A DNA stretch of 64,000 nucleotides from the human T2T-CHM13v2.0 reference genome, Homo sapiens. Location: NCBI RefSeq assembly GCF_009914755.1, contig NC_060935.1; one strand, given 5' to 3'. Under the pieces are notes generated by a model, which was given only the letters and a program-made list of their open reading frames with translations, ran no database searches and was not told the DNA's origin. The translations under genes and the position numbers were made by a program. This document shows positions 60,435 to 64,000 of this stretch, one piece after another (the stretch's first letter is position 1; each line of letters begins with the position of its first letter).

Positions 60435-61130
60435 TTCAACAAACATTTACTAATGCCTACTCTGTGCCAGGCTCTGCTGGGCATAGGGGTTCACTGGTGA
60501 TAAGATACAATCCCAGCCATCAAGAACTACAATCTTGTCTGAGAGAGATACATAAATAATTATGGAAAAATTTATTAAGTGCTATGGGGGTGTTGAGGAA
60601 GGAGTGACTAACAGTGTGTACCTGGGTGGAATGCTTCACCAAAGAGATGAATTTGTGCTAACATCCTGTGTGAAGGGAAAGGAGAAAGAGTATTCTAGGC
60701 AGAGGAAACACTGTATGCAGAGACATGGAGATTCCAGAGAATACAATATATTTGTGGTTAGAACACTGGATATGTGTTGGTGGGAAGGAGAAACAGGTGA
60801 GGCTAGAATGACGAAGGCTCCGAAAGGGAAGGGTTTTGGCCTCTACCCGTTAGGAGATGGAGAACTACAAAAGGGTTTCTAAGAGAAAGTGAATCAGTCA
60901 CATTTGCATTTTAGAAATAACATTTTAGTGGCTGTGTGAAGGAAGGAAGTGGAAGACTACAGGAATTTGGAAAACATTCCAGTAGACCACTAGGGGAGGT
61001 AATGAGGACTTGGGATAAAAAGACATGATAAATTTGGTAACTGGCTACAGTGGTGAAGGAAAGGGAGGATCTAGTATGACACTCAGGTTTATAGCTTGAG
61101 TGACTGAGTGGACATAACGTCCTTCATGGA
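60435..61130 (-). mobile_element. L2 remnant
   Basis: ttcaacaaacatttactaatgcctactctgtgccaggc...attctaggcagaggaaaca...atttgcattttagaaa. Confidence 0.8.
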
Positions 61131-61966
61131 ATTCGGGAACCAAGATAGCGGACATAGGTTTTGGGGTTTTGGACAAGAAGAGTTTATAGGTGGGGCAGGA
61201 ATTAAAATACACATTTTAAGAACAGTAAGTTAAGGTTCTAAAAGGGTAAGTAATTCCCTCCAGGTCTCATAGCTAGTTGAGAGCAGAGCACAGATTAGAA
61301 CTTGGCTTTCCATTCCAGAATACTCCGTTGGATATTTTTGTCTTTTCACAAGGTCTCAAAAAGTGTACTGGAAAATAATTGGTGAAAGGTTTTTCTTCCA
61401 CAGCTTTGTCTGGCAGCTGCAGAGACTATTCTTGCTAATACCCAAGATGGTAGACTAGAATCAGAGATAGTAGCCTTGACCTTGCCTGGAACAAGCTTAG
61501 GAGACCTTCAGAAAGTCCTTCCCCTCTGGAAGTACTTCTCATCTCTGAAATGGTGACCACAGCCCAGTCCTGGCCTCTGGGCTGCAGTCTGCTTACTCTG
61601 TTGCTTTTTTTTAGTTCTATCTCACTCTGGATACCCATTTATTCAGCTCTGCCCCTTAAACCTCTGGATAGTTATGCTTGAGGGCTGTTCCTTTCTCTTG
61701 CACAAAGGGATTGCCCTTACTAGGATTATTACTCAGCAGAGCCTCTCATATCCATTCTCATTCTCATTTTCATCCAAAAGCCTAGGAAGGGAGACTGCTC
61801 CTTCCAGTACAGATGGAGAGGATCAAATTGGGTTGGGGACACTAAGGGATGCTGTGAATTCCATGCTCCAAGGTTTAAGCTGAGGGCAGTGGGGAGGAAG
61901 GGCGGAGAGGTACCTGTATCCACCTGGCCTGTTCACTACTTAATTTTCTTTTGCACCACGCACCAG

Positions 61967-62003
61967 AGGATCATCTCTAAAGGCAAACAGGCTCTCTAGT
62001 AAG
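61967..62003 (+). CDS. STIM1: STIM1 alternative exon B (neuronal STIM1B; frameshifts the last exon)
   Basis: gcaccag|AGGATCATCTCTAAAGGCAAACAGGCTCTCTAGTAAG|gtcagt; 37 nt; (R)GSSLKANRLSSK, matching the described STIM1B insert. Confidence 0.9.
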
Positions 62004-62214
62004 GTCAGTAGCTTGGGATGGGAGTCCGAGGCAGCCCAGCCTTTGGGGAGGGACCTCTGGCCTGATTGTTCTCAGTGATTCAGGGAGGGAAGGTGAGCCT
62101 GCCTCACTGGGCCTTTTCCCTCCTATATCTCCCTAGGCTTCCTCCCAGGTTCTTATCTTGCTTTGGCAGTCCCAACTTTTAGTTGATGAGAGAGGCATAG
62201 AAGGACAGGAATCA

Positions 62215-62503
62215 GGCTGGGTGCAGTGGCTCACACCTGTAATCCTAGCACTTTGGGAGGCCGAGAGCGGAGGACTGCTTAAGCCCAGGAGTTTGAGACC
62301 AGCCTGGGAAACAAAGTGAGACCCTGTCTCTACAAAAAAAAAATCAAAAATTTAGTTGGGCATGGTGGCACATGCCTGTGGTCCCAGCTACATAGGAGGA
62401 TCACTTGAGCCTGGGAGGTCAGGGCTGCAGTGAGCCGAGATCGCGCCATTGCACTCCAGCCTGGGCAACAGAGCAAGACCCTGTCAATAAATAAATAAAT
62501 AAA
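62215..62503 (+). mobile_element. AluJ
   Basis: Alu body with a small internal deletion; TSD aggaatca. Confidence 0.92.
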
Positions 62504-64000
62504 AAGATGGATAGGAATCAAGATGAAATAGGGGTCTGGTCCAGGAGAAGTGAGGCTGGGAGGGCCCTAACCTCCTGATTTCTCCTCCTTGGTGTTAGAG
62601 AGGGTAGGATCCCAGAATCTTCACTTCCTCAGCTTAGAGGACCCTTTTTCTCAGTGTGATTGCTTCCCAGAACTTCCTTGGCACCTTGCTCATTGGTTTA
62701 TAATAGTGTTTGGAGAAGGCAAGATATGGAGAGGATCATCTTGGGGCTTAGAGAAACAAGGACAAGTTTAGAAGCAAGGACAGTGTCAGATATATGAAAC
62801 CAAATATGAGACTGAATATTTGTAAATACTAGAATATGTGGCTAAAACAGTATTTGTAGAATGGAAGCTGAGTTGGAATTGTTCTCTGCTGCCTGCTGAG
62901 TCCAGGAAGGTACTGGCCCATGGGGTGGCTACTTAGTTATTTGCTTCCAACTGAGAATTAAATCTACAATAGCTATGAGCCAACCCCCTGCTTTTGCCTG
63001 TTTCAGGGGCCTGGTACCCTTCCTAACTTCTGACCCTCAGCCTCTTTCTTTCTAGGTCCTATGGTGGTCTCCTTTTCCATTCATGACTCTTCCCCTTTGG
63101 CTAGCAGACGTTTAAACATTTCCCTTAGGTCTCTCCTCTGCTTTTGCTGAGGTTCTCAGGCCTCTAGGAAGGCAGAAGGAGGATTCAGGATTGGCAGAGA
63201 GAGCACCTCCATATCTACCTTTTTGTCTGTAGAGCAGGAGGAGTGGCATCTGGAATTGATTCATGGTCTTAGCAACCACCAGCTCCTTAAAGGGTCTCAA
63301 GTTCCTAGACTAGCCTGTGTGTGTGCATGTCCAGTGTGCGGTGGCATGTCTCCATAACTCAGCCTTGCAAAGAAGCCTCTTGCGACCGGCCCGTACATAG
63401 GCCTTTCAGCTTGGCAGGCCTCATCATCTTCATTCCCACAATAATTTCTACATTTCCAAGTGCTTTGCCAGCATATTTGATCCTCCAAACAGTCTTGTAA
63501 GATAAATTGAATTGGTATTATCTTCATTAGGCCAAAGTTAAGGACTAGCAAGTTTAGATGACTTGACTTGTCCAAGATCACACAGGAGTCCAGACCTCTT
63601 CTGAACCACTGCTCTTTAAAGGCCAACATCCTGTCTTTCTATGCCTCCCTACATTCTCCGTCAGCAGAGTTCTGAAAGAGACCCCACCCTTCCTGCCGCA
63701 CCACAGACTTTGGTTTGAACTCTGCAATACCTATCTATGACCTCCTTTGAATCCTATGAGATGGTTAGAAGAGGCAGCATCCTGGCCTTTTGGGGTGGGT
63801 GAAGGATTATTTGCAAGGCTGTTCTAACCTTCTCATCTCCAGCCTGGGTCAGGTCCACTGACTGCATGTGCCCTGTTCCTTGGGGCCTGGCCCAGACTGG
63901 ATAATATCCTAAGGTGTGACAGGAGTAAGTGGGGGAGGAAGGCATGGAAAATGGTGACTCGGAGCAGGCTGTAGGTTCTGTGTTAGCTTGAGTCCCAGGA

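Overview
Primate, most likely human, genomic DNA covering the middle of STIM1, the ER Ca2+ sensor that gates ORAI channels, on the + strand. The window opens inside the long, repeat-dense intron 3. It contains coding exons 4-11 (SAM domain, transmembrane helix, CC1, CAD/SOAR, acidic inactivation domain) and three known alternative modules: the 93-nt exon A (STIM1A), the 318-nt exon 11 extension (STIM1L) and the 37-nt frameshifting exon B (STIM1B). The last exon lies beyond the window. All exon boundaries were checked by hand for AG/GT and phase. Most ORF-track entries are Alu or L1 artefacts. The most notable unexplained structures are: (1) a ~137-bp ungapped inverted repeat bracketing exon 4 (not a repeat family I recognise) with mismatches skewed toward G-U pairs in the pre-mRNA; (2) a 56-bp direct repeat bracketing exon 5; (3) a tandem duplication of the exon 6 splice donor that creates a +24-nt stop-containing alternative site; (4) distinct splicing-factor motifs at each tissue-specific module; (5) several atypical retrotransposition scars in intron 3. 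Repeat subfamily calls and STIM1 residue numbers come from memory, not from a database search. Repeat coordinates are approximate.
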